Source: Podospora anserina (taxonomy: Eukaryota). From it: a DNA stretch of 64,000 nt. The position numbers and the translations under genes are program-made. This document shows, piece after piece, positions 49,113 through 62,949 of the stretch; the first letter of the stretch is position 1; the number at the start of each line of letters is the position of its first letter. The notes under the pieces were generated by a model. It saw only the letters and a program-made list of their open reading frames with translations. It was not told where the DNA came from and searched no databases. Where the stretch lies: assembly GCA_017654855.1 (NCBI GenBank), contig CM030332.1:5022001-5086000 (forward strand). The letters are read 5' to 3'.

Positions 49113-50288
49113 TCAAGGCAAGCAATATCCGTAATTGTCCTCCCACTCAATCACTCGTACTGGCACACCCGGCTCCGAGGGCTTCCACCGCAAGCTCGGT
49201 ACACAACCACCCATTTGCTGATCAAAAACAACCTTTACGCTCGCCGTGTTCCTGTTCCCAACTGCTTTGCACCCCGTAATCACGTCCTCATCTGGGTTCC
49301 AAAGCACGACTCTGGGTAGCCCCCATTCTTTTGCCTCGGCCAGGGCTGCTTCAAGGAGAACCTGCGTATCGGCGACTTTCTGAGCCTTAGTCTGGCACTC
49401 CACCCCATGCACAATTCTCAGAATCCGAAGTTTCTTGGCTGGGATATCATGCGCCCAGTATAACCAGCTCCTCGAGTTGCCCGTCTTGGCGCCCTTGTAA
49501 GTGATCGTCTTCCCCGTCATTTTCACCGCGTCAAATTCACCGCGGGCAAGCTGCCATTCTAGACGGGCATAGGTTGGGGCAAAGGCTACATGCGTCTTCT
49601 TGTCAGACGGCATGTCTCTGAAGTGAGCGCTGAGCTGGTAGTTGTCTTGCTTGCAAAGCAAAGGGAGATCCTCGAGCCGAAGAAGGTCTACCGTGACAGC
49701 ATCAGCGCGCCCTGTAGGCCGATATGAGAACGATGGGGCTCGGGGCCGTGGTCCCTCTCCTGGGGTCTGTGGTGGTGAGTCGATAGGCGTGAGGGGGGGC
49801 GATTGCGGCAGGGAAAGCAGGATGAGGTTAGCTTGCTTTCCTTGGTATGCCAACCATCCAAGACCGGTATAGTATTCCCTTCCGCTGTCGCTGAAGAACA
49901 CGCTGCATTCACTGTCTTCGTCCATCCGCTCCTTCACATAGCGGAGCAGATACGCAGCCATGCCTAATCGACGCCAAACCGGTGTTGTGAAGACGTGTCG
50001 GATGGTGTAACCATATGACTCCCTAGCAGTTCCATCGGAGACGAGGATCTTTTGGCGTATAGCTTCACAGCTCGCGATGATCTGTCTTGGGTATCCCTTG
50101 AGATAGAGGACCCACTGTCGACAGTCAGAGCGAGTAAGCTCATGTTGTGTGAGGTGACGCTCGCGCTCGATGAATTCGTGAGGATTAGGGCAGGCTTCAG
50201 CTCTTAGTTCAAGAGCAATGCGCTGCTGCTCCGGCGTGGCTTCGTCGAAGACAATATCATCGAGCGTCAAGCCCATTGGTTGGGCCAT
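49113..50288 (-). CDS. GNAT-fold acetyltransferase (fungal lysine acetyltransferase LYC1-like)
   Basis: 391-aa ORF with acetyl-CoA motif A VFTTPVWRRLGMAAYLL, SVFFSDSG..YY..LGW and EAKEWGL..V.LWNP. Confidence 0.8.
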   Translation of the reverse strand: MAQPMGLTLDDIVFDEATPEQQRIALELRAEACPNPHEFIERERHLTQHELTRSDCRQWVLYLKGYPRQIIASCEAIRQKILVSDGTARESYGYTIRHVFTTPVWRRLGMAAYLLRYVKERMDEDSECSVFFSDSGREYYTGLGWLAYQGKQANLILLSLPQSPPLTPIDSPPQTPGEGPRPRAPSFSYRPTGRADAVTVDLLRLEDLPLLCKQDNYQLSAHFRDMPSDKKTHVAFAPTYARLEWQLARGEFDAVKMTGKTITYKGAKTGNSRSWLYWAHDIPAKKLRILRIVHGVECQTKAQKVADTQVLLEAALAEAKEWGLPRVVLWNPDEDVITGCKAVGNRNTASVKVVFDQQMGGCVPSLRWKPSEPGVPVRVIEWEDNYGYCLP

Positions 50289-52022
50289 GCTGATTTAGGT
50301 AGTGTCGTAACTTATTGTAAGTCCGTAGCTCGGCAGGTGGAGATGGAATTTTGCTGATGACCAGGGTTCCAGGCTTTGATGCGAGTGGAGCTCAACGGCT
50401 GCAGGAAAGCTGTGGGTCCAGAAAGATGGTTGATGATTTCGTAGTTCGTCTGACGATAATCGGAATGTTAGAAGAGGTAAGGGACCCGGGACTTATATAG
50501 GCGGAAGAGGAATGTTACGCCAGGTAGATGGGCATGTTCGAAACTTAGTTGAAGAGGGTTGCTGCACGAGAGTCTGAGAGGCTTAACAAATGTGACAAGA
50601 CACATTAAACAAGCCTTTTCAAAGCCCTTCACGTCAGCGGGAGAGAGAAATAAGCTTTCTTCTTCCGCCGTGGTGGGCACCCCCCCAACCCCGTGATATG
50701 TGCCTCATGGGGATCTCCAGACCAGACCTGCCCAATTGCACAGGACTCAGCGTCGCACTTGCCCTCCCCGGGTCTTATCATTTTGTCATCATCCGTGGCG
50801 TTGAAGAACAGGAAACATGCTGAAAATCTCGCAAACAATCTGGAAACAGCGGTTAGGTGTAGGTCGAAAGTATGGAAACAAGCTCATGGGGATTGGGACT
50901 GAGATGCCGACAGGGATGACCCGATGCAGTGGTCAAGATAGCGAGTTATGACACTGCAGATCGCATGCATATGCCATCTCTTTGGGACTGGAACTTTCAA
51001 GTCCATCCTACTCCTTCCAACTCCTAACTCCAAAGAGACTGGTAGCTTAACCACTACGACGGGTCAAGTGACTTGACCAGATACCGGGAATAGGTCGGGG
51101 AGTGTTGACAATCACTGCGGCTTGCATGCCGCAGGACAGCCTTCGGTGGTTGTGAAATCGGACGCCGAAGAGGAGGACAGCCCGGGATACGGACCTCCTC
51201 TCTCGGTCCATTACACCCGAAGCTGGGAACCTACCACACCTCTGGAGACAGGTGTAAGCGGGCTTGTTCCGCGGAAGACAACAGCACGCCAATGGCATGA
51301 TGGGTGAGGTGATTGTCGCTCGCTACAGACACGAGAATGAGCAAACCATGGTTTGCTCGTTGGAGATCGGAGAACTTGAGATGGGACAAGAAAAATGGAT
51401 GGGTTGTATCACCGTCCACGTCTAAGACCGAATGGCTTGGCATCGCCAAGCTCATTCTTGCCAACTGGATGTTCGCCTCATGAGTCTTGCCTGCTCAAGC
51501 CTAGGCTGTTGAATCGCTCGTAATAGCCATTCTCTGGGGGGAAACCGATTGGGTCGAGATTATAAGGCCGAAAGATTGGAGAATTGAACCAAGTTGCGGT
51601 CCCGAGAATGAGTTGGTTGGCCCGGACTGGCAAGAGGTGTCGTCAAAAACGGAGTGGGGCCTAGTGCCGACAAGCCACAATTGCCACGGCCACCTAGCCC
51701 CAAATTGCCCCGCCCTGTGGCTCAAGCGCCAGCACATGAGTGGTCGGAACCGGCACCAACTCATTCCGCAAAATTTCCACGAGCCCTGCCAATTACCAAC
51801 GCACACAAAATTTGGTCTCGATATCGGTGCATGGTAGCGACTTCGAATCTTTGACGGCCCCGGACACAGCATCAAAGGTACGCGCGACCCCATTTCCCTG
51901 CCCACTGTAATTGCCCACGACCCTCCTGCCTTTTCCTCTTCATTTTCGCTTTTCGCACTTCTCCAAGCACCCTGCTGGACCGACCTTACTAACACGACAG
52001 CATCACCAGACAGTCGACCAAA

Positions 52023-52558
52023 ATGGCGGAACTCAACATCGGAGCGACAGCGTGGCGCCGCGTAGAGGTTGGCCGTGTTCTCAAGCTTGAGAGCGGCAGC
52101 CTCGCTGCTATCGTCGAGATCATCGACCACAAGCGCGTATGTTTGAACCCAACCCACCGAGTGGACGCCGAGCACCGAATGGCGATATCTACGATGAAGT
52201 GATCGTGAAATTGGACAGAGAGAACTAAAACAGTGGACTTCAGGCTTTGGTCGACGGCCCCTCCTCCAACGAGAAGCTCGTCACCCCCCGCGGCGAGGTC
52301 TCTTTCGCCAACACCCTCCTGACCCCCATCGTCATCGATAAGCTCCCCCGCGGTGCCCGGACAGGTACCGTCAAGAAGGCCTGGGAGGCTGCCGGCGTTG
52401 ACGCCAAGTGGGCTGCCACCAACTGGGCCAAGAAGCAGGAGAAGCAGGAGAAGCGCCAGGCCCTTACCGACTTTGACCGCTTCAAGGTTATGCGGTTGAA
52501 GAAGCAGAGAAGGTTCGAGGAGCGCAAGGCTCTCGCCAAGATCAAGTCCTCGGCTTAA
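52023..52558 (+). CDS. RPL14: 60S ribosomal protein L14 (eL14); intron 52137-52243; probable 5'-UTR intron 51878-52000
   Basis: WRRVEVGRV..AAIVEIIDHKR|ALVDGP and LTDFDRFKVM motifs. Confidence 0.97.
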
Positions 52559-53436
52559 GCGTTGGGAATGGGCGTCTTGGTAGATGGGAAGCGTTTGGTT
52601 CGGCATGGTTCTCTGGGGGAGGAAAAGATGGGATTTCTGGGAGGGTCAGCATAAGGGTTCAGCACAACACGGATTTGCTGAGTTATTCACTGCGTCTATT
52701 TCGGAAGGCCTCTTATGTCACACTCAACAACGATTGTGGCCGGCGTCATGGAAAGTGCGAATTAAAGCCAAAAATGACATCCACCTCACAAGCAAACCAT
52801 CGAGGGCAAACTGTCGAGTGCCGAAACTACGGGATTAGGTTGGTGACAGTGAGCTCTGTCCGTTAAAATGAATACCCCAAGAATACATGAGGACAATGCA
52901 CTTGCCAAAATCACTCTGCCGTCTTCTGTTCTTATTCTTTGCGACGTTTGAGCTACAATACTGTATATAATTCTCAATTCCACATCCATGTGTTCATGAC
53001 GAAAGGGAAGCCTTGATAACAGCTCCTGATCCGCTATCGCGATAAGAGAGCAATCGAGCTCCGTAGTTGAGAAGGCAGTTGGAGTGAATCTGGAAATCCC
53101 CAGATTACCTAATTGGGACTAGCGTCTTTTGTGGCAGCTTGCGGGTGCTCCAAGCCCTACCTGAAAATTGGAGCCGAAACTTTTCTTCGCACCACGACGA
53201 GAGTCTTCCTACCCCCGCATATCAGGTGTTAACGTCAGTTTCGATATCAATGTGAGTGCAGCGCGGGAAGCGATTCCCAATGTCTTTTCACGACCCCTTT
53301 AAACGGGACAGACCGTCCAAGGTCGCACTTCAAGCTCCAGCTTGACTTGTTTCCCGGGGGTGGTTTGTGTGTGCGTTAGTTTGCGAAGCCAGGAGAGGAG
53401 AACTGACAAGGTCCAACCCACCAACTAGCAGTCAAG

Positions 53437-54236
53437 ATGGCCAACCCCCGTGTCGAGGAACTCCCCGAGGAGGAGACCAAGAAGACCCAAGTCGAGGAGC
53501 TCGATGACTCCAGCGACGACTCCGATGTTGAGGCCGGCGATGCCAGCCTCCCCGCCGGCTCGACCACCATGGTCCACTCGCGCAACGAGAAGAAGGCTCG
53601 CAAGGCCATCGAGAAGCTGCACCTCACCCGCGTCCCCGGTATCACCCGTGTGACTCTCCGCCGCCCCAAGAACGTGAGTTTTACGTTGGGAAGGGAAGGA
53701 CGGTCCTCTGTGGATTGGGAATGCTGTTTGAGTTGGGCGTGGAATTGAAGTGCGGGGTTATATGGGAAAACGAACGTGGGCTGACCAGGGTGTGGGAGGT
53801 ATAGATTCTCTTCGTGATCAACAACCCCGAGGTTTACAAGTCCCCCAACAGCAACACCTACATGTGAGTAGAGGAGTCGATGCAGCTTGTCGTTGGGTTT
53901 GCGATGCTTGGAATGCTGACCCCGCTTCACAGTGTGTTCGGTGAGGCCAAGATTGAAGACCTCAACGCCAGCGCTCAGGCCGCCGCTGCCCAGCAGCTCG
54001 CCAGCCAGTCCGCTGAGCACGACCACGCCGGCCACGACCACTCCCACGAGGGCCACTCCCACGCCGCCAAGGAGGAGGAGGAGGATGACGGCGAGGAGGT
54101 CGACGCCGAGGGCATTGAGGACAAGGACATCGAGCTTGTCATGACCCAGGCCAACGTCTCCAGAAAGAAGGCCATCAAGGCGCTGAAAGAGAACGACAAC
54201 GACATAGTCAACTCGATCATGGCATTGAGTGTCTAG
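53437..54236 (+). CDS. EGD2: Nascent polypeptide-associated complex alpha subunit; introns 53674-53804, 53864-53932
   Basis: [46 protein letters not shown] and a C-terminal [25 protein letters not shown]. Confidence 0.97.
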
Positions 54237-54757
54237 GGCTGAGAGTTGCGTCGTCCGTTAAGCAAAACAAATATAAAGATCAGCCGTCCCTAAAGGGTTG
54301 AGGCTGTCTGTTCTGGCATAAGCCTTCTCGTTGGCCAAAATGTACCTCCTTTTTATGACTTGGTTTAGAGATGTCATATGTGCCCCGCCATCAGTTCTTG
54401 AAAAAGCTCTACACAGTAACATGTGTCTGCCCACGCATTGGGAATGCGAAAGTAATCGAATCTGAGTTGTTGTACCTGCTTCATCTCCTAAAAACTCTAA
54501 TATAATGTAACCAACTCAGTCAATGCATTGTTTTCTCACATTCAGTGAGTTCACATTCAAGATTCTATCCCGCCATCCAAGCTTGGCCAGCTCGCGAGAT
54601 CCCGGAGCTAGCCAACAAGCCCTGCCCGTTGATTCCGTGGAGCAATCACGTGATTGGAGATTCCGCGCCCGGCAAACGTTGCTTGGATTCGGCAGACTCA
54701 ACGCAACGACAGCGACGCAATTCCACCCCTCCAGACCATCTCAGAACCACCGCAAAA

Positions 54758-55498
54758 ATGGCCGCAGTAGGTTTCCTTCTGTCAATTGAACCCGTTGCCG
54801 TGTTGTATCATTGTCCTCTGCTGGGAGGAGCTCCCGGAGGCAAAAGCAGCAGGGAACCTAGCACCTCCGAAGCACCAGAGCTGAGCTAATTTTGTGTTTC
54901 TCTCTTCGCCTCTTCTAGCGCAGCGCAGCTCTCAAGGTCGACTGGGCCAAGATCACCACCTCGCTCGGCCTTCGCGGCCAGACGGTCGCCGGCCTCCAGG
55001 CCTTCAAGAAGCGCAACGACGACGTCCGCCGCAAGGTCCAGCAGCTTTCCGAGCTCCCCACCACCGTCGACTTTGCCCACTACCGCTCCGTCCTCAAGAA
55101 CCAGGCCGTCGTCGACGAGATCGAGAAGCGCTTCACGGCCTTCAAGCCCGCCACCTATGACGTCTCCCGCCAGCTCAAGGCGATCGATGTGTTCGAGGCC
55201 GAGGCCGTCAAGAATGCCGAGGCGACCAAGCAGAAGGTCGACTTGGAGCTGAAGGACCTGGAGAAGACGCTGGCCAACATTGAGAGCGCCAGGCCGTTTG
55301 AGGAGCTTACTGTTGATGAGGTTGCTGCTGCTGAGCCGAGCATTGATGAGAAGACTGCCAAGTTGGTCAGCAAGGGCCGCTGGTCTGTGCCTGGGTACAA
55401 GGTATGTTTTGAGTTGGGAGGATTGGGGGTATGTGGGAGGATGATGCTAACCACGCTGGGGTTTGTAGGAGAAATTCGGCGATCTTTCCGTCCTTTAA
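54758..55498 (+). CDS. ATP7: Mitochondrial ATP synthase subunit d; introns 54767-54918, 55402-55468
   Basis: [40 protein letters not shown] and [16 protein letters not shown]. Confidence 0.96.
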
Positions 55499-57916
55499 GC
55501 GGCATCATGAGCTTAGTGCTGCTGCCATCATCACTACGACGATCATCCACCGTTCCTTTTTTCCGTGTACTCTAGCATTGTAGATAGCCTAAGACGCGCT
55601 GCTTGGGGAAGAAGGGCTGCCACCGCTGTGGTCAACATCATTGCGGAGGATAGAATTTTACCTTGTTAAAATCCATGCGGTTTTGGGCCAGTTACTCTTG
55701 CTGTTCTTTAGCGTTGGTGGACGTGGTGAGGTTGCTTTCCATTGCGATAATACCCCAGGATACATCCAGACATTGTTTGTGTTTGGTGATGGTTCTCTCT
55801 CATGTACGCCATGCCAACCAACTTCTTTAGCTTGAGGACTTTTGGGTAGAATGTATGGATCATGGCCGCTCATGTGGGGAGCATCTCACCATCCATGCCT
55901 GCACCATCCCTATGGCTCGTTCTGCCTTGCATACTGGCCTAGGGGAAACGCCTTTGTTGCTTGCGTCCATAGTCACTAGTAGATCCAAGTGGAGGCTCTC
56001 ACAAGATGAGTCCTCGTCATCTAGAGCGCTTGTTTGGCGAGGGAGGTCTATGTATTCTAACACACACTGCGGCTCAAGAAGCGTGCCTTTAGATCTTGGG
56101 TCTAGGTGGATGGGTGTGTTTAGGGGAAGGAAGGGAGGGGAGGGGGGGGGGGGGAGGGCATAAGCAAAGGGGCCAGGTTGTATTTGCAGGTTTTCTGTCA
56201 GTCTTGGTGGACCAATTAGGTACCTTGCAGATTTCGTGTCGATGTGCTTGCTGCCCATCATGCTATGGATTCAACAATCTAACTGCTGCTGCAAATGGTT
56301 CTAGTTACCTGGTGTGTAGGGTTTGAAATGGGACTGGTATGTTTTTGTTGCGGTGCTGGTTTGTGGTAGGTTTAGTTACCAGCTTATGATGGATATAGGT
56401 TCGAGAAGCTGATATGGAGGTAGGATCATACGAGTCTGTCACGGTCTATCTAGAGTTGAGAGTATGTTTTATTCTTCGGCCCATGCGTGGCTGTCTATGT
56501 CATCAAGGGGTATGTATCACTACTGATTGTCAACGTGGTAGTAGGGGATGTAATATCCGAGACAGGCGTGGAGATTATTATCAGGTGCTGGACAAAGGGG
56601 TGGAAATGACGGATGATGGAACACATGGTTATGAATATGGAAGTGGCCTTGTCGTGGTGTAGGTTTGGGTCATTGATTGTCTTTCCTGTGGGATCTTACA
56701 GTGTTAGTGATCTGTAGTTATCAATCGAATCAGAGGCAGGCTCTAGGCTACGGTTAGTGTGGGCTAGCTAGGACTACCTGATGTGTTTCCCTGCCCATGA
56801 ATGGCTGTCATTATTTGTTCAGTGGTGAAGGGTTATACAGAGCTCTATGGAAAAAAGTTGGTTGAAGGATTGCAGTTGCGATTCCTCGTGCCTGGGTGAG
56901 GTGGTTATAGCAAGGTCTCGAAGTTGCAGTGTATGGAGTCTGAAACAGTACGAGGAGGCATGTCGAAAGATGCCGCTCTCAGTTGGCATAAGACAACCTT
57001 CCATAGAAGGGCAGTGGCGCTAGCTGCATATGATTGTCGGTTCGTGACAAATTGTAATACTTTTTTGACCTCTCACTATTATCAGAAGACTACTTACTAT
57101 TAGTGCGCAAAGTCCGTGGAAACAGCTCGGTTCCAAGTATGCTGCTTCAAGTTTCTGATGCCATCCCCTCTGCGGAAACGGATGAGGTGAATTCATCACT
57201 CTGAGCCATAGTATACATCAGGCCAAATTCCCCAATCGGTTACACTTTTTTATACAATAGCTCAGTTCATATATCTCAATATTCGGCCTACCTCTTTTGG
57301 AGGAGTAGGCAGTTGTATCTAGACAGCCGAATGAATAGTCGAACTATGATGCCAGAAAAAGAAGACTGGCCGGATGATTGACCAAGCAATACAGGACAAC
57401 TCTTGAATTGTTAAATGACGGACAGATTAGTTTCTTGGATTTGCTGTGCTTCAATGTCCTCCACTCTGATTCAGGCATGTTGAGCCTCAAACCTAGCGAC
57501 TGTAGTTTCGACTTTCTGGTTTTGTAGCAATATGTTAACTTGTAATAACATGTTAGAAATCTGAAAGGAAGCATATCAGTACCGGTTCTAAACACTATCC
57601 GAGGGATTGTATCACTTTTTTCGGTGTTGCTAGGCAGCATGGGCCCTTTGTTTACATCGTCCACCATCAACTCAGGGGAACCCTAACCCTCCATATATCA
57701 TGCCATAGCCTGCTTAATCATCCACCCCACCAAAACTTCATCCCATCATACAACAATGACGGAGCAGCTTCCGAGCTTCAATTTCTTCAACGACCTACCG
57801 ATACGGTTTGCACCTCCGAATACCTCGAGTTACCAGCCCAGACCTCTGGAACTGTCAATTTCACAACCCCTACGGAATCACTGCCCGAATCATTCCCGGC
57901 AAAAGTACCACTCAAA

Positions 57917-58333
57917 ATGTCCTTCGGCTCCAAAAAGTTCCGCGGCTCCGCCGAATCCAACACCTTCGGCGCCCGCTACCGCGCCCTGATGGCCAAGCGC
58001 CCCTTCCTCCTCTTCGGCCTCCCCTTTTTGACAGTCATCATTGGCGGCTCCTTCGTCCTCACGCCCGCCACCGCGATCCGGTACGAGCGCCACGACCGCA
58101 AGGTCAGGACCATGACGCGGGATGAAGAGCTGGGTATCGGGCAGCAGAGGAGGAAGGTGGACATGAAGGAGGAGTACTACGTGAGTTTTCTTTTGTCACG
58201 CTGCAAAGAGACATATTGTTTGTGGGGCTGACATGTGTTGGTTGTTGTGCAGAGATTGGCAGCGAAGGATCTCGACGATTGGGAGCAGAAGCGCGTCAAG
58301 AGGTTCAAGGGGGAGAGTGATGGTATTTTGTGA
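57917..58333 (+). CDS. COX16: Cytochrome c oxidase assembly protein COX16; intron 58181-58252
   Basis: PFLLFGLPF...GSFVLT, RYERHDRK and VDMKEEYY|RL..DDWEQKRVKR motifs. Confidence 0.93.
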
Positions 58334-58739
58334 AGAGGTGCGCGCTCTGTGTCAGGTGAGATGATGGGGGGTGTTTACGAAGGGATGATGGAGAAAACTC
58401 GGCCGCGAGCAGCATAATCTCACCGCCGACTTACCCAGCCTTCCAACTTTACGAATCCCTCCAGGCCGCAAGTTGGGTTGGGGGTTTGTTATTGTCATTG
58501 TCGGCTGACCATAGCAACCCCCAGTCACGCGCGTACAAAAAAAGAGACACGCGCGCCTTGTTTTTGTACGACGATGATTGATCCGATGGTTTGGGACTTA
58601 CTCGTGCAACATTGAAAAGAGGGCGGTTGTTGTCTTGTCACTATTACGCCGAAAATCTCCGACAGCTGTTACTCGCCCCCCCTTGCCTTTTCAGCTGTTT
58701 GATGGGAGAGATGGGGGATGTCAGTTTTCGATCATAATA

Positions 58740-59330
58740 TCAGTCAAGATCACGAAGCAGTACGGCCGAGCGGGATCGACTTCCGGGCACACGGTGATGG
58801 TCTCGGGGACTTTTGATGATGGGGGTTTTGTCTCCGCCATCCCTGGCTTCAAACCCGGACGTTATCTCCACATTTTGACTCTGGGAGCCTCCCGCGCTTT
58901 CCCGCGGCCGAGAGTCAAACCAGTCTGTCGGAGAGATCATATATTCAATTTTTTTTGTCTCTGAAAGACGGCGAAATTTTTTATATGAGCCGGTTGTTGT
59001 CGCACACAAGCCACATTGACAGGGGGTGTTGAAGATATCGGGGAAATACTCCGGGGCTGGGTAGGGTACTTGACAACTGATATAGTTATCAGAGTCAAAA
59101 CAGACAAAGACAGGTTGGTTACAGCCGGTGTTTTTGTCTGGTCTCACCTTAGCTTTGGGTATTGCCTAGGATCGGGTTTGCTCATCCGAGGTTGCCGGTG
59201 ACAAAATCAACAATAGTGGTTGTTGGAACCGGGAATTTGATCACTTTTACCAAGTGTCGGGTTTCCGGATTGCTGGTGATGATGGCTGTAATGGATCCGA
59301 TTGGATCCAGACCCTTGGGAGGAGGAGGAT
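58740..59330 (-). other. Possible small orphan or decayed gene convergent with COX16
   Basis: ORFs 58740-59147 and 59182-59577 have protein-like segments (LDPIGSITAII; CQCGLC). No family recognised and no clear ATG/splice model. Confidence 0.25.
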
Positions 59331-62300
59331 GATGGGGGCTAGTTGTTCTCAGCGATGGGATGATGACGGTGTTAGGTTGCTGAGGATTATGATAGCTCGG
59401 GGCTGACGGGGAGGCGAGGCTGCAGAGGGAATAAGTGATGGGATTTTTTGACAACACAGAGATGCATGCATACGTTGCCGCCAGCCTTGCTGCTGAGTAC
59501 CACCACCTCCACCACCACCACCACCAACAATACACAAAACAACGGCCAAAAATATCATCTTTTTTTTCATCCAACAAGAGGATCTAACTTTTTGGCCTCC
59601 GTTCCAACAAGGCAGTAGCTGTAGTGTCTAGTGTTTGATGTTTGCAGGGTGCATATGTCATTGACCCCAGTGACCCCTCTTGTACATAGGAGTTTGAAGC
59701 CAACAAACCATAAAAGATTTGTTTATGTCAAAAACGCGGGGAGGATTTTCCCTACGCCTCGGGCACAAGCGTTGATCTGCGGATCATCCGCCCGCATTTT
59801 GTTTCAGAAGATGGTTTGTGTCTGTTGTCTATGATATAATGTGATCTCGATGCGTCATTGCGTTGGCTCTCTCCGGGGTTTACACACACACCCACACACA
59901 CACATGCGGCAAGGGAATCCGAGGGTGATTTGAGGCAATACGATACGGCCGTCGCCGACAAAAGCCACCAAGGCGTTGCCATGTGGTGTTTTGTGTTTTG
60001 TTAGTCATGAATTAAAAGGAGGCGGGTCGTCAATCCAAAAGGGGCAGGTTGAATAGTAGGGGACCCTGTGTGTGTGTTTACACTTTGCGCCTGCGTCTCA
60101 TGAGTATTTCAAATTATGCGGGAAAGCATTAGTGTTATCTACACACGGTGTCCCCGCGTTGACAGGGCTGGAATTCGTCTGGTCTTTTCAAGAGAGGGGA
60201 TGAAGGCCCGGCTGTCTGTGTGTGTGCATATGCATCGACATATCTACTTCCCCCCGCGCTTGATGCCCGGTGGGCGGGACACACAGACTCGCGCAGAGCG
60301 GGTAGGCTAAGGTAGTGCCTGTGGTGGGTAGGTATTCAGCTTGTTGCACTGGCGTGAGCCCAGCCTCCTGGTTGGGAATTCGTAAAATATTTGTCACTGA
60401 AAGCCCAAGAGGCGGTTAGAGAGAAACCTGGTGCGACCTGCTGTGTAAGGCGAGGAGGCTTTTGGCAGGTTGCTTGGGCGGTTGAAGATAGGTAGGCTGG
60501 AGAGCCTCATCGTCATGGGCGTTGACCCCTGATTGTTGCATTGATCTCTGCGCCCAGTCTGGCGGGATTATGTGTCTGACGCAAAGGGTCATGAAAAAAG
60601 ATGGGATGGTCGCCGAATAACCTGAAGTAACTTCGCAATTACTTGATGATATCCGCAAAGGGATGTGCGTTGTGGAGATGGGGAAACAAAGATCCCGAAA
60701 AGGTTTTGAAACGTTTTTTGACGTATTTCGTGCCACCCAACCATCATCCAGTCTGTCAATCATCGAGCTCATTGGGCGAGATAACAACGAGCCCGAAACT
60801 GCCGATCATAGTGAGGGGAGGGTTGAAAGGGCTGATGACGGGATGAGTCCTCGATTCCCGGGACGACTGGATGTCGCGAAGTGCCGCCGCCACAATTCCA
60901 AGTTGGTTCGTCCATGTTGACAGTCTGGACCGACCTTCACGGCCGGCCATGGTCTACATACGACAGGGCGATACCGTCAATATTTTGATGTTGGATGCTT
61001 CAAACGGAACGATGACTTGCAGCTCAGGCCTCGAGGCTTGCCGCTGCTGAAAAGTGGCTTGCTGACAACTCGGTGTGGAGCTCAAGGCTGATGATATGAT
61101 GGTCGGGAACATGTCTCTCCTCTTCAAGAATAGACGGAACTTTTTCTTACTATTCGGCATGCCGCTCGTCCCGCGTCGTCTTGTCTAGATTCCCGAGCGG
61201 TGAACCCCGCTATGATATTCATAGAGTGCTGACCCCTGGTGTTATCTCCCCAATGTCTCGATTCCCACCTGCAAGGGATGACTGCTGATGGGACATCATG
61301 ATGGATAAAGTGACTGATGATCAAGAGAAGCAAGGAGGGGACTTGGTGCCAAGATGCAGGTGAGCGGCTGTGGTTCGCACAGATAACTCGCTAGCGATCT
61401 GCGGATCAACCACACTGCTGGAACAGCAGGATTTCAAGCCACAGGGCCTGGCGCCGCTTTGGATGTTTTATCCCCGCGTTGATGGCTGCTGGCTGCTGGC
61501 TGCTGATGACTGGGCGGTTCATCCCAATCTGGCTGTCTAAAAAGGCCAGCGAGGCAAGGCTCTCCAATCATGGGGTTGGAGGACACTGCCGAAGGAAGGG
61601 GCGTTCCTTGAGTCCCGTGAGCGGAAGCATTCCAAAGCAAGGTACGAGATTTTCTTTCTGGTTGCCACGAGTTCTTGCTCGGTTCAGTCAGGGCCAGTTG
61701 CCCCTTTTGGCCAACGACCGGTCTTGCGAGTCTTGTCGTAATGGAATAATGATGGCGTGTTGAAATTGCGGGAGGATCGGAGTATACAGATCGAAAGAAA
61801 GGGTGGGAAGCGATGCCTCAAGAGGCCCTCGGATCGATCTATTTTTCTTCAAAGGTGGAAACCGAGTGGAGGAAGCAAACATGTTCGCACGTTCGTGGCT
61901 TCGATGGGATTCCCAATGTGACTGAAAATCTTGAAATCTTGCGCCCTGTGATCTGCTTGGCTGCGCTCAGTATTTCGCCATTGCCATCGCCAATTCTCCC
62001 TCCCGGGCCAATTTGCGAGACCTTTGCGGTCGATTACTATCATTTTGAAGGCCGAGGGAGGTTGCCGGCCATGGTCCACGGCCCAAGACATCTGTTCCTG
62101 CTAACGTGAAAGAGGCAAATGGTCGTCGCAGAAAATTGGCGATTTCTGGGGAGCTCTGGGCAATCGATGGGGCCGTGCCCGATGTGTCGATACCACCCAT
62201 GTTGCAAGTTGCCCAGCGATGCCCAGCTTTGGCGGGGGAGATGATGTCTGCCCTGATCAGTGATGACGTACCCTTGTACTGATTTTGAGGTTGCAAATTT

Positions 62301-62949
62301 TAGGAAGCGCATCAGGGTGAATGGCAGCATGTGGAGGGAGGTACTGGAAACCGCGGGTTGCTCTCTGTGATTCCGGGTCAAAGAAATCAATAGGTAGTGA
62401 GACGGTGGAGGGCTTCATGAGCCGTCATCTTCTCCTCGGCCGGTATTCGTGTTATTCTGACAGCTGAAGCTTGCGCGGAGCGGAGTGGCTTGGATCTGGC
62501 CAGTGCTGAAAGAGTGCAGCTCTCATGGCTCGCTTGGGCGGATTGTAGCCCCACTCTTTTCGATGCATGGTGGTGTGCAGCGCTCGAGCGCCGTGTCCGG
62601 GCCACGGAACAGGCCTAGTCAGCCACCGCATCCACCGCCCAATATCACGCTACTCTGTACGTACTCTCCGGGCTGGGTCTTGCATCAGCTGCAGGTACCA
62701 CATCTCTCGTCATGCCCGATCGGCAGCCTGCCATGAGCATGGGGGAGAAAAGCCCTCCATGCGTATATATCCCCGCTCCTCCCACCTAGCTGTACCTATC
62801 GAGAGCTCCCGGTCTTCAGCAAGCCTCACCAACCACACAGATACCCTCGAATGTCCGGGTCCAGTCCAAGAGCCAACCACGGCTAGCCACCTCTTACAGA
62901 CTATCAACTATATCTACCTCACCACCCACCACTCACCAGACGGCCGGTT

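Noticed and set aside
57675-57692. Telomere-like AACCCTAACCCT
   Set aside because: Only two units; not an interstitial telomere array.
59600-62900. Short ORFs upstream of the last gene
   Set aside because: No recognisable coding signal; treated as regulatory or intergenic.
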